From NCBI GenBank assembly GCA_040755855.1, contig JBFMAD010000005.1, forward strand, positions 32,001 through 96,000: DNA of 64,000 nt. The letters are read 5' to 3'. Under the pieces are notes generated by a model that saw nothing but the letters and a program-made list of their open reading frames with translations, made no database searches and was not told the DNA's origin. Below, in pieces: positions 20,294-32,480 of the stretch; within the stretch, counting starts at the first letter, position 1; each line of letters opens with the position of its first letter. Made by a program: the position numbers and the translations under genes. The stretch comes from Planctomycetota bacterium (GTDB lineage Bacteria; Planctomycetota; Brocadiia; JAADGH01).

Positions 20294-23200
20294 ATGAAAC
20301 ACCGTTGCACCATGGTTCTTCTTCTGCTTGCGTGCGTTCTTCAAGCAATGGGCGTTGCCCAGGACGTTGCGCCGAACGTTCTCCTGCTCGATGACATGAA
20401 GACCATCGAGAAGTGGGGGGGCGGGAAGACCGAGCACAGCCCCGATCGCGGCGGCGCGCTGAAGTGGCAACTCGATCCCGGCGGTAAGGTCCAGGCCACA
20501 AGCATCAGCCTCGCGCCGTTCAAGGTGGACCCCAAGCAGTACGACTGGCTCAAATTCGAATACAAGATTGACGGCCCCGTCCACTGGTTCGGCGTCAAAA
20601 TCCAGCACTACCTCCTGCACGATAGCCAGCAGGTGGTCTATCGGGCCTACGGTCCCGGCGAGGGGACGGCCGACTGGTGCGAGGCGTCGCTCGACATTGA
20701 GAAACCCGAGGCCGTCTGGGAATACAAGGGGGACAAGAAACTGGAAGTTCTATTCCTCCGCGCCCAGAGCGCGAAGGAGAGCGGCTGCACGATTTATATC
20801 CAAAATCTGCGCCTCGTGCGATTGCCCGTAAAGGTGTCCTTCCGCGAGGTCGTTGGCAAGCCGTCGGAGACGCGATATGCCATTGACATGAAGAACGTGG
20901 ATGCCAGGCCCCATGAAGTCGCTCTGACAACCGACGCCTCGGCCCTGCGGGCGTTTGCCGTTTCGCTCTCGACCGAACGTGTGACCATTGAGCCGGGCAT
21001 GACGGCCGCCGTGACGGCGGACCTCGCCCTGAAGCCCGATCAGAAGAAACCGCCCCTCTATTCGGAGACGGCCTCCGTCTCCCTGCGCGTGCAGGGAGAG
21101 CCGGACTGCTCGGCGCCCCTGGCGCTCTTGGCGACGGTGCCGCTGCCGGCGCTCGACCGGCCGTTCGTGTTCACCACAAGAGAACAAATCGCAAACGCAA
21201 AGGAGAAGATCGAGAAATACCCCTGGGCGAAGAAAATCTACGACGACATGTTGAAAAAGGCGGACAAGCTTCTCGATGCCCCCACCGACATCCCCGACCG
21301 CACAGGCAGCTGGAGCCACTACTACGCCTGCCAGGACTGCGGCTCCCGTCTCAAGACCGTCACGCCCACGGAGCACAAATGCACCGGCTGCGAGAAGGCC
21401 TACTCAGGCGACCCGTACGACGCCGTCGTGGTAACCAACGTGCACCACAGGTGGGCGGACAACGCGCGCGACCTCGGCCTGGCCTACGCCTTCACGAACG
21501 ACGCAAAATATGCCCGACGCTCCGCCGAAATCTTCAAGGAATACGAGAAGAGGTATCGGACATACGAGCCGCACAACCTGAACAAGAAGGGCAATGGGTG
21601 GAAGGTCATTGACTACAGTCTCGGCCAGTCCGTCTGGGTCATCCCCATCGCCCAGGGCTACGACTTCATCCGCGACGCGGGTGTGCTAACCGACGAGGAG
21701 AAACAACGAATCGAGAACGACTTCTTCCGCGACATCGCCAAGTCCGTCCAGGGCCATCGCGGCATCCACAACATCACCTGCTGGCGCAACGCCGCCGTGG
21801 GGACCATTGGCCTCGCCATCGGCGACCCGGACCTCGTCCGATGGGCCATCGAGGACCCGGCGGGGCTGAAGCAGGAGATCGCCGAGGGCATCCTCGAAGA
21901 CGGATTCTGGTTCGAGGGATCGTGGGGATACCACTTCTACGCCCTGTCGCCGCTCTGCCACCTCGCCGAGTCGGCGGACCATGTGGGGATCAATGTCTTC
22001 AACGACCGGTTCGAGACGATGTTCACCGCCCCGCTTCAGTTCATGACCGTGGACCGATGGCTGCCCGCCTTCAACGACAGCGGGGCGGGGTCGCGCGTCG
22101 GCTACTCCTGGTGCTACGGGCTTGCCGCGCAGCGTTACCCGAAGAGCAAGGAGATCGCCTGGCTTGTCTCCGATGCGCTGGAGCGGGGGCAGGTCCGCGA
22201 CATCGCGTCGCTGCTCTACACGCCGGGCGAGGTTGCGAAGGTTGATGCACCGCCGATGAAGACGCACCTATTCCAGGGGTCGGGCATTGTCGTCCTGCGG
22301 TCGCCCTCGCCCACAGACCAGATCTACGTCGCCTTCGAGTATGGCCCTCACGGCGGCGGCCACGGCCACCCCGACAAGCTGGGGTTCGTGATGTGCGCGC
22401 TGGGCAGGCAGCTTGCCGTGGACCCCGGCTCGATCTCGTACGCCGTGCCGTTGCACAAGAGATGGTATCGCCAGACCATCGCCCACAACACGCTGACCGT
22501 GGACCGCGAGTCGCAGCAGCCGACGACGGGTGAGCTGCTCTACATGGGGTCGTCGCCCGAGTTCCAGGTCGCCTGCGCCCGGACGACGGAGGCCTGTCCA
22601 GGGGTGGAGTTCACGCGCACAATCGTCATCATCGGAGACGATTGCGCGCTGGTCGCCGATCTGGTGAAGAGCGACGCGGAGCATCTTTACGACATCGCCT
22701 TCCACATCGTCGGCGAACTGAAGACCGATCTCAACGTCCAGCCACCAGCAGCGCCCGTCGGCGAGACGAACGGGTATGACGTGCTGGAGGACGTGAAGGT
22801 CGCCAGGGGCGCACCCATGGTCCGCGCCGAGTTCGCCATCAAAGACAAAGAAGATAAGGAGGCAAAAGGGCCGATGGGGATTCACATGCTGTGCGCCGGC
22901 GCGGAGGACGCAGAGATCATCACCGGTCTGGGGCGGGGCAACCCGCCGACGGAGCGCGTGCCGTGCGTTATCCTCCGCAGGCAGGCGAAGGCCGCGAGTT
23001 ATGTAACGCTCCTCGAACCGTTCCGGGGGCAAGCCAGAGTCAAATCCATTGCCCGCCATCCGGTGCTCCGCGCCGACGGGACGCCTGACCCCGACGCCTT
23101 CGGCATCGCAGTCGAGTCGGCGAACTGGCGGTTCATCGGGATCGTCGCGCCCAGCCAGGCCCAGCGCGCCTGCCCGGCGCTCAAGCTCGAAACGGATGGG

Positions 23201-23308
23201 AAGGCCGCTCTGGTGCTCCTGCGGGAAGGCCAGGTTGCGGCTGTGCTTGTAATGGAAGGCAACGGTGTTGCCGTGGACGGAAAGCGCATCGTCGCGACGC
23301 AGCGATAG
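20294..23308 (+). CDS. Heparinase II/III-family / alginate-lyase-like polysaccharide lyase
   Basis: Signal peptide, HN..W, DGFWFEGSWGYHFY, P.FND, HGHPD and HNTL motifs; CxxC...CxxC insertion. Confidence 0.82.
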   Translation: MKHRCTMVLLLLACVLQAMGVAQDVAPNVLLLDDMKTIEKWGGGKTEHSPDRGGALKWQLDPGGKVQATSISLAPFKVDPKQYDWLKFEYKIDGPVHWFGVKIQHYLLHDSQQVVYRAYGPGEGTADWCEASLDIEKPEAVWEYKGDKKLEVLFLRAQSAKESGCTIYIQNLRLVRLPVKVSFREVVGKPSETRYAIDMKNVDARPHEVALTTDASALRAFAVSLSTERVTIEPGMTAAVTADLALKPDQKKPPLYSETASVSLRVQGEPDCSAPLALLATVPLPALDRPFVFTTREQIANAKEKIEKYPWAKKIYDDMLKKADKLLDAPTDIPDRTGSWSHYYACQDCGSRLKTVTPTEHKCTGCEKAYSGDPYDAVVVTNVHHRWADNARDLGLAYAFTNDAKYARRSAEIFKEYEKRYRTYEPHNLNKKGNGWKVIDYSLGQSVWVIPIAQGYDFIRDAGVLTDEEKQRIENDFFRDIAKSVQGHRGIHNITCWRNAAVGTIGLAIGDPDLVRWAIEDPAGLKQEIAEGILEDGFWFEGSWGYHFYALSPLCHLAESADHVGINVFNDRFETMFTAPLQFMTVDRWLPAFNDSGAGSRVGYSWCYGLAAQRYPKSKEIAWLVSDALERGQVRDIASLLYTPGEVAKVDAPPMKTHLFQGSGIVVLRSPSPTDQIYVAFEYGPHGGGHGHPDKLGFVMCALGRQLAVDPGSISYAVPLHKRWYRQTIAHNTLTVDRESQQPTTGELLYMGSSPEFQVACARTTEACPGVEFTRTIVIIGDDCALVADLVKSDAEHLYDIAFHIVGELKTDLNVQPPAAPVGETNGYDVLEDVKVARGAPMVRAEFAIKDKEDKEAKGPMGIHMLCAGAEDAEIITGLGRGNPPTERVPCVILRRQAKAASYVTLLEPFRGQARVKSIARHPVLRADGTPDPDAFGIAVESANWRFIGIVAPSQAQRACPALKLETDGKAALVLLREGQVAAVLVMEGNGVAVDGKRIVATQR

Positions 23309-23311
23309 GGC

Positions 23312-25486
23312 CTACTGCCTCCGGCTGCTGCGCTCCATCCCGCTCATGTTAGGGAGAACCCCGAGATCCAGCCGGTCGCTCCCCTTGCCGCGACATGGGC
23401 TATCGGGTTTAAGGGAGAAGTCGGACGGCGGATCGCGGAAGAGGGGATCGGACGACAGGCTGCCCAGCCCCTGCCCAGCGGCGATCCAGGATTCGACTTG
23501 GTGGAAGTACTTCCGCCCCTGCCGGGCAAGGGTCTTGCACCCGAAGAGGTCGTTGTGGTGCGCCTTGATCTTCTCGCACGGGTCGCCGAGCGAGATGCCC
23601 GCCCCCGTGCAAAAGGCGATGATGTTGTTCAGGACCTCCACGTCCTTTGACGCATCAACGTCGAGCCCGTCTCCTTCACATTTGTGAAAGATGTTCCCGT
23701 TGATCGTGATCCCCTCCGAGTCGCGGCACTGCATCCCGCTCTTGCGGTTGGCGTGGAGGATATTCCCGGCCACAAGGCAGAGCCGGCTCTTGTTCACATC
23801 AATCCCGCTGCTGTTGCCCTGGGCGCGATTGTCGGCGACCTGCGACCGCTCCGACTCCCAGAGTTGGACGCCGTACGATTCGTTGTCCGCCGCCGTATTG
23901 CCCAGCACGATGGCCCGGTTCCCCTTCACCCGGATGCCCCAGCGGTTCTCGGCGCATGTATTGCCGAAGATCACCACATCGTCCGCCCCCGGCTGGACCA
24001 GGATGCCGTCGTTCGTCGCGCCGACGCATCGGATTCCTTCGACGACCGCGCCGTCCCCTCCTTCCTCGATCGCGATGCAGTGGGCGCGGCTGCGCCCGGC
24101 GTCCACGGTGGGCGTCTGGCCCTGCGCCGCACGAAGGTGGAGGGTCGGCTTGATAAGCGCGATCTCTTCCGCATAGGTCGTGCTGTCGCAGATCTCGATG
24201 ACGTCTCCCGGCCTTGCGTCGGCGACCGCAGCGGCAATGGTTCGATGGTCCGCCGTCCCGTCCTGCGCGACGCGGATCGTCCGGGCGAGGATTGACTGCC
24301 GCCGGGACCGGATCAAGGCCCGAGCAAAGGTCTGTGGGTCCCCGGTTGATTCCATGCGGGGGCCTCCGTCCGACGGCCACGGCTCATCCACGTCGCCGAT
24401 CTCCAGTTCCCCCCTGAGCCAGGCGTGAAAGGCAAGGCCGCCGACCACCAGAAGCGTCGCAAGGGCCAGGATCGCCTGCGCCCAACCTCGCGTTCGGAGT
24501 TCGTCCTCCTCCGTCGGGGGAGGACGGTGGGCGTCGTCGAGAGCAGCGAGAAGCTGGTCGCAATTCTGAAACCGATCGTTCGGGTCCTTCGCCAGCATCT
24601 TCTGGATCAGCGCGCAGACGGCGTCGGGGAGATGGGGCAGGTCGCGCTTCACGGACGGCGGGGGCGTGTCGGCGTGCTGGCGCATGACGGCTAGGGGCGT
24701 CTCACCGGTGAAGGGGGGCTTGCCGGTGAGCATTTTGTAGAGCGTTGCGCCGAGGGAGTAGATGTCGCTCCGGGCGTCGGCGGGCATGCCGTCGCACTGT
24801 TCGGGCGACATGTAGAGCGGCGTGCCGATGACCTGCCCGTCGCCGGTGATGGCGCTGGCGGCCTCGCTGCGGGCCAGACCGAAGTCCATCACCTTCACGG
24901 TCCCCTCCCGGTCGGTCATGATGTTGTCGGGCTTGATGTCGCGGTGGATGATGCCTTTGGCGTGGGCCGCGCCGAGGGCGCGGGCGATGTCTCGGATGAT
25001 GCGGATGGCTTCATCGAGCGGAACCGGCCCCCGCCGCGCGATGATCTGGGCGAGGGTCTGGCCTTCGACGTACTGCATCTCGATGAAGTGCCGCCCCTCC
25101 GCCTCGCCGACGGCGTGGATGCCGACGACGTTCGGGTGTTCGAGTTGCGCGGCGGCGCGGGCCTCGCGGAGGAAGCGCTCCAGATGCTGGCTGCCGGAGA
25201 AGCGGGTGGGGAGAATCTTGAGTGCAATGATGCGGTCGAGGCCGAGGTGCTTCGCCTTGTAAACGACGCCCATGCCGCCTTCGCCGAGGGTCTCGACGAT
25301 CTCGTAATCGCCGAGCCGCTTCGGTGGGGCGTCTTCGTTCGGGCCTTCAGGAGCAAGGGTGGGCGTGTCGTGGGGGATGGCGGTGATGGCCCCTCGGCAG
25401 AAGGGGCACTGTACCGACTCGCCCTCCTTGCCGTCCTCCAGAGCAATCATCTCACGGCAGTTGGGACATCGGAATTCCTTGGGCAT
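23312..25486 (-). CDS. Membrane Hanks-type Ser/Thr kinase with N-terminal zinc ribbon and C-terminal parallel beta-helix
   Basis: GEGGMGVVY, HRDIKPDN, DFGLA, GTPLYMSPEQ; TM helix; NosD/PbH1-like repeats. Start approximate. Confidence 0.88.
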   Translation of the reverse strand: MPKEFRCPNCREMIALEDGKEGESVQCPFCRGAITAIPHDTPTLAPEGPNEDAPPKRLGDYEIVETLGEGGMGVVYKAKHLGLDRIIALKILPTRFSGSQHLERFLREARAAAQLEHPNVVGIHAVGEAEGRHFIEMQYVEGQTLAQIIARRGPVPLDEAIRIIRDIARALGAAHAKGIIHRDIKPDNIMTDREGTVKVMDFGLARSEAASAITGDGQVIGTPLYMSPEQCDGMPADARSDIYSLGATLYKMLTGKPPFTGETPLAVMRQHADTPPPSVKRDLPHLPDAVCALIQKMLAKDPNDRFQNCDQLLAALDDAHRPPPTEEDELRTRGWAQAILALATLLVVGGLAFHAWLRGELEIGDVDEPWPSDGGPRMESTGDPQTFARALIRSRRQSILARTIRVAQDGTADHRTIAAAVADARPGDVIEICDSTTYAEEIALIKPTLHLRAAQGQTPTVDAGRSRAHCIAIEEGGDGAVVEGIRCVGATNDGILVQPGADDVVIFGNTCAENRWGIRVKGNRAIVLGNTAADNESYGVQLWESERSQVADNRAQGNSSGIDVNKSRLCLVAGNILHANRKSGMQCRDSEGITINGNIFHKCEGDGLDVDASKDVEVLNNIIAFCTGAGISLGDPCEKIKAHHNDLFGCKTLARQGRKYFHQVESWIAAGQGLGSLSSDPLFRDPPSDFSLKPDSPCRGKGSDRLDLGVLPNMSGMERSSRRQ

Positions 25487-25588
25487 GGGCTTAACCCTCA
25501 TACGAAGCGACACGCGAAAGAGCATATGCTAAGAAATGTGACTCGGTTCGTCAATAGAGGCGCTCGGAGAAACCGCCCTTCTTTCTGC

Positions 25589-25617
25589 TTGCGACACGGG
25601 TGATTGTGCGCTACAAT
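25589..25617 (+). promoter_or_regulatory. Sigma70-like promoter of the two-gene cassette
   Basis: TTGCGA-17 bp-TACAAT; RBS TAAGGAGG at 25669-25676. Confidence 0.55.
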
Positions 25618-25683
25618 AAACAAAGGTGGCAATGTTGTCCTGAGACGCAATATCCTCTTGCACTTGGGTAAGGAGGAAAGAAG

Positions 25684-25932
25684 GTGAGCGAGATCTCGGA
25701 AAAAGTGAAACTCCTGAGAGAACATGGTTATCGATATTACGCAAGAAGAGACCTCTATGTGAATTCCGAAGTCAAGAAGGTCTTTAGCTTAGAATGGATT
25801 GAGGACAATTCCATCGACCAGTTGAGGGCGAGTCTTCTGGAGCAAAATTCCTCAGGTGATTGGCTTTTCTACTTCAACGCTGGCGATCCTTCGCCCTATG
25901 TGAGACAAACGCTCATATCCGAGTTCGCCTGA
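25684..25932 (+). CDS. Small hypothetical protein (82 aa), candidate antitoxin/partner
   Basis: Strong RBS, GTG start; its TGA overlaps the next ATG (TGATG). Confidence 0.75.
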   Translation: MSEISEKVKLLREHGYRYYARRDLYVNSEVKKVFSLEWIEDNSIDQLRASLLEQNSSGDWLFYFNAGDPSPYVRQTLISEFA

Positions 25933-26600
25933 TGCAAGGGCAAGAATACCAGCCAAGAACGATCGAGGATCGCCTTCGGGAGGAGTACGAGAATATCCTT
26001 CCAGACATGCGGAAGGTCGTTGACGAGCTGGAAACCGAAGTAAATCATTGCCTGCTCCCGCTCAAACGCACCTTGGCCGACCACGAGCAAGTGGTTGTCA
26101 CATCAAGGATCAAGGCATGCGAAAGAGCAATTGACGCTCTCGAGAGGCGGCAAGAAGGAAATGTATTTGACTATGATCGCGCTGGGGAGTACAGCCTACT
26201 GCACCTGAGGGATCTTGCTGGCGTTCGCGTGCTTGTCTTTCCCCGCCATCGGATAGAGGAGGTCAAGCTGGCCCTGCAAAGTCGCTTCCCGGATTGGGAG
26301 GATGATCCCATCCGTGATGAGGAGAACGGGAAGAAGATTCTGGCACACAAGTTCTATGGGCACTGCGAAGCAAGCGCGCAAGTGTGCGCCGAGTACCAAA
26401 TCGTTCCGATGCTCCTGGGGCTGTTCTGGCAAGTTGAGCATGACACAATCTACAAGCCCACAAGCCCTGAGTTATTGGCCATTGCACGGTCCCCGGAAAT
26501 GGCCAATCGGACCTCGGCAGTTATCATCGCGTTGGAACAATTTGCGGCTGAGTTTGATCTGAAGGTACACGAGCAGCGGACCCGGGTAGGTAATGAGTAG
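25932..26600 (+). CDS. Divergent RelA/SpoT-domain (small alarmone synthetase-like) nucleotidyltransferase
   Basis: SRIK, LRDLAGVRVLVF and EYQI...FWQVEHDTIYKP match the synthetase motifs; no HD hydrolase domain. Confidence 0.78.
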   Translation: MQGQEYQPRTIEDRLREEYENILPDMRKVVDELETEVNHCLLPLKRTLADHEQVVVTSRIKACERAIDALERRQEGNVFDYDRAGEYSLLHLRDLAGVRVLVFPRHRIEEVKLALQSRFPDWEDDPIRDEENGKKILAHKFYGHCEASAQVCAEYQIVPMLLGLFWQVEHDTIYKPTSPELLAIARSPEMANRTSAVIIALEQFAAEFDLKVHEQRTRVGNE

Positions 26601-26623
26601 CGAGGCGGCAGATCCTGCCCGGA

Positions 26624-29203
<2,580 letters not shown>

Positions 29204-29318
29204 TCCCAGGAGTACCTCCGTCAGCAACGGCAAATTCAAAAACGCAATTTATGCTGTGTCAAAGCATTATATACATTCTTGTGTAGATTTCAACGGCAAA
29301 GGCTGCGAGGAAAAGGGG

Positions 29319-31289
29319 TCACCACACATGCACCGCGTGCCCCTGCCCGGGAAACCAGATGACGTCCACCACAAACGCCAGCACCACACCGAGGGCATAT
29401 CCCACAAGCGTCCCGAGAACGAAGGGCTGGGCCTTTCGATAAAGCGATATCCCGCCGAGTTTGAGGAGGACGAATTTCAGCACCCACGCGATAAAGATGG
29501 CGGACGCCGAGGCCCGGATGGGCCACACGCCACCGATGGTGAATCCCACCGGATGCAGCCGCCACCAGCTCACGTTGTAGTGGAGAATCATTAGCAGGAT
29601 GGTGGCCGCAACACCCACCCCCAGAAACCCGATCCGCCGCCAGTCGGGCTGGGTCGGATTGCGCATCTTGGTGACAATGCTGTCGAAGATCTGGATGTTG
29701 CCGCTCTGGGTCTCCCACGCATTGAAGTTGTAGGCACCGATGGAGTACCCCAGGTAGAGCGTTATCCAGATGGATACCGCAATGCCGACGATGCACGCAA
29801 CAACCAGAGAGACAAGGACCACCCTCCGGGATACGCCCGTCCCCGCGAAGGTCTTGCCCGCGTGGACGCTGTTGTAGGTGATGGCCGACTTTGCGTCGCA
29901 GCAGTAGCAGAAGGTGAAGGCGAGCGAGCTGAGGCTTGCCGGCGAGATAGGGGCTGTGCCGAGTACGCGCACCGTGAACGACTGCGCAGTCAGCGTCCCT
30001 CGGACATACACCAGCCCGCACTGCGCCACGATCTTGCTCACGCCGAGGTGCAGGACCATCGCGCCGAAGATATAGAAGGCCATGACGAGATACCCCATCC
30101 CCATCTGCCGCAACCAGGCGACGATGAACACCAGGCTGAAGACCACCCCCAGCACGGCCGCGCGGTAGGTAACGAGCTCGTCGGAGTCGTCTACATCGGC
30201 GATGGCCGGGTTCCACGCCTTCCGCAGAACGTCCCGGATGTGCCGCCGCGCCATCCATAGCCCCCACAGGACGAGGAACGTGAACCCGCCGAAGCTCTGC
30301 CAGCCGGTGGCGGCGTCGAAGGAGCACCAAAGGTCGGGCGCGCCGATGTCATAGCCGAGCCGCCGCATGATCCCGATTTGAAGGATGATGAGGACGTGGA
30401 AGAACCAGACGCTGAAGAGGACGTCCAAGTTGGTGAAGAAGGCGAACGCGATGACGAAGAAGTTGATCTTCACAAAAATCGCCGGCATGTTCCTGCCCAG
30501 GCGCAGATAGCTCCGGTCGGTGATGCAGGGGATCGCCGGGAACTCGGGGTAGAAGAACCCGATGAGGTTCCAGGCGATGAGGCAGAAGGGGATCGCCGCG
30601 CCGATCCAGAACAGACGGCTCCGCGTGAATCGCGGCAGGAGGCCCGCTTCATCGTCGGCCCCGGCCACCATGAGCTGGGGGACCTCTACGAGTGGGAAAG
30701 TCAGGCGTTCGCGCTCGACCCATTGCCGCCGGAGGATCTGCATGAGGCAGAACTGCCCCACGAAGAAGGCGATGATGAAGAGCATCCACCAGCATAGGGG
30801 GATGACCCACGGCCGCCAAGGGATCGGCTCGCCGGGCGGTAGGCCGTCGAAGAAGCAGCGCATCGCGCCGCCGGCGTCGCTGGGGAAGGCCCAGGAGGGG
30901 ATATAGGGGTGGATGTTCTCGGCCCACTGGTTCTCCAGCGAGGCGAAGTAGTACGGCGTGGCCGTGAGGGCGATCAGGAAGCCGATCAGCCCCAACGTGG
31001 GAAAGACCGCGGAGGCCATCATCATAACAAAGATGATAGTCAGCTCGTCGGGCCGCAGGCAAAACCGCCGGTGGATGAGTTTGAGAAGCGGATTGATAAA
31101 GAGGATCAGGAGGACGAAGGGCATGAGCACGCACATAGGCACATACCCGAAGACGGTGCGGGAGCTATGCACCACGTAGTCCGAATATGGGACCCAGAGG
31201 TTGACCACGACCCCCATTAGGACGCCGACGGCGATGGCGCGAAGGTACAAGGGGGAGCGATGGTCGGGGGTCTGTCGGGCGACTTCCAT
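29319..31289 (-). CDS. Polytopic membrane protein, DUF6785/DUF6784-like putative transporter
   Basis: Many TM helices, RRQWVERERLTFPL, WRLHPVGF, LYRKAQPFVLG. Family recalled from motifs. Confidence 0.65.
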   Translation of the reverse strand: MEVARQTPDHRSPLYLRAIAVGVLMGVVVNLWVPYSDYVVHSSRTVFGYVPMCVLMPFVLLILFINPLLKLIHRRFCLRPDELTIIFVMMMASAVFPTLGLIGFLIALTATPYYFASLENQWAENIHPYIPSWAFPSDAGGAMRCFFDGLPPGEPIPWRPWVIPLCWWMLFIIAFFVGQFCLMQILRRQWVERERLTFPLVEVPQLMVAGADDEAGLLPRFTRSRLFWIGAAIPFCLIAWNLIGFFYPEFPAIPCITDRSYLRLGRNMPAIFVKINFFVIAFAFFTNLDVLFSVWFFHVLIILQIGIMRRLGYDIGAPDLWCSFDAATGWQSFGGFTFLVLWGLWMARRHIRDVLRKAWNPAIADVDDSDELVTYRAAVLGVVFSLVFIVAWLRQMGMGYLVMAFYIFGAMVLHLGVSKIVAQCGLVYVRGTLTAQSFTVRVLGTAPISPASLSSLAFTFCYCCDAKSAITYNSVHAGKTFAGTGVSRRVVLVSLVVACIVGIAVSIWITLYLGYSIGAYNFNAWETQSGNIQIFDSIVTKMRNPTQPDWRRIGFLGVGVAATILLMILHYNVSWWRLHPVGFTIGGVWPIRASASAIFIAWVLKFVLLKLGGISLYRKAQPFVLGTLVGYALGVVLAFVVDVIWFPGQGHAVHVW

Positions 31290-31408
31290 CGGCACACCAG
31301 GGCTTGAACGAGGGGCGCTAAAGCCAAAAAAGTTACCACGCCCATTGCGGCAAAGCAAGCAAAAAGCGATTGCGCGATTGCTTCATTGCTTCATCGAAGG
31401 CAAAGTGC

Positions 31409-31437
31409 TTGACAGGCATAGGTCTTTTTGATATGAT
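31409..31437 (+). promoter_or_regulatory. Strong sigma70 promoter
   Basis: TTGACA-17 bp-TATGAT with extended -10 TGn. Confidence 0.7.
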
Positions 31438-31496
31438 GTGGATTTGGCATCGGGCCGGAAGGGCGCGCTGTGCCTCTACGTGGAGGTGGATCAGAC

Positions 31497-32192
31497 ATGG
31501 GCAAGATCAAGAACCCTCAAGAGTTTTTTGAGGTGTTCAAGGGTCCGGAGCTGGACGCGCAGAAGGGCCAGAAACCGGCTGCGCCCCAACAGGTACCCGT
31601 CGCGCCGCCGAAGACGTTGCCGTCTATTGTGCGGCCGACGCTCCGGCCGCGATACGCCGAGGTGGAGGTGACGCCGGGCACGATCACTGTCACCTTCAGC
31701 CATACGGGGCTGGTCCTGGCCATGGCTCTGCTGGCCTTGCTGTTGATTCTGTCGTTTTGGTTTGGGATGCGGCACGCGCTGCGGCCCCGCGGCGCCCCGC
31801 AGGAGGGGGCGAAGCAGGGGGAGCCCACGGCCACCGTCCAGGGCGAGGAACCCTCGATGGACCGTGTTCCGGCGCTGGATATGACGCCCCCATCGAAGGC
31901 GGCGGCGGTCGCGCCGACGGCCTCGCCGACGGAGAAGCCGGCGGAATCGGCCAAGCAGGGGAAGGGGTATTGCCTGCAGTTGATCTCCGCGATACCGAAG
32001 GAGAAGGCCGAAGAGATTGCGAAGAGCTTGTCCGTGAACTGGGACACAGAGGTCGTTCGGACAGGCAAGGCCTACGGCGTGCGGATCGGGTACTGGAGTT
32101 CGCCGAACGAGACGGCCGCGCGGCACGCGCTGGCCTATTTCGAGAAGCAGAAGGAATACAAGGGCTGCTATTTCATCAAAGTAGAACGATAG
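31497..32192 (+). CDS. Membrane-anchored SPOR-like domain protein
   Basis: RBS GGAGGTG, one TM helix, Pro/Ala linker, C-terminal YCLQL...YGVRIG. Confidence 0.6.
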   Translation: MGKIKNPQEFFEVFKGPELDAQKGQKPAAPQQVPVAPPKTLPSIVRPTLRPRYAEVEVTPGTITVTFSHTGLVLAMALLALLLILSFWFGMRHALRPRGAPQEGAKQGEPTATVQGEEPSMDRVPALDMTPPSKAAAVAPTASPTEKPAESAKQGKGYCLQLISAIPKEKAEEIAKSLSVNWDTEVVRTGKAYGVRIGYWSSPNETAARHALAYFEKQKEYKGCYFIKVER

Positions 32193-32209
32193 ACGCGAGG
32201 TGCGAATCC

Positions 32210-32479
32210 ATGTCAATTGACAAGAGTTTGGTTTCCAAGCAGCGGCTCGTGCGGCACCGGAATGTCCTGACCCGGACCGAGCGAATCCTGGTCTTGGAGG
32301 AAGGGGAACGGTGGCAGGAGGGGATCTCCCTGTTCGGTCTGCCGAAGGTGAAAAACATGAAGGCCAAGCGGCGCGTGAAGGGCGGAGAGAAGAAGGAAGC
32401 CGCAGCGGAAGCTGCGGCCGCTGCTGCAGCCGAGGGCGGCGCCGAAGCGGCGGAAGCCGGCGAGAAGGAAGAATCGTAG
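32210..32479 (+). CDS. PVC superphylum signature small basic protein (TIGR04137-like)
   Basis: MSIDKSL...RHRNVLTRTERI..L....RW.EG.S.FGLPKV; hidden at the end of ORF-track entry 31757..32479; RBS GAGGTG. Confidence 0.88.
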   Translation: MSIDKSLVSKQRLVRHRNVLTRTERILVLEEGERWQEGISLFGLPKVKNMKAKRRVKGGEKKEAAAEAAAAAAAEGGAEAAEAGEKEES

Positions 32480-32480
32480 A

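Noticed and set aside
29204..29318. T-box or attenuator upstream of leuS
   Set aside because: The leader is too short and has no T-box consensus; only promoter-like hexamers are present.
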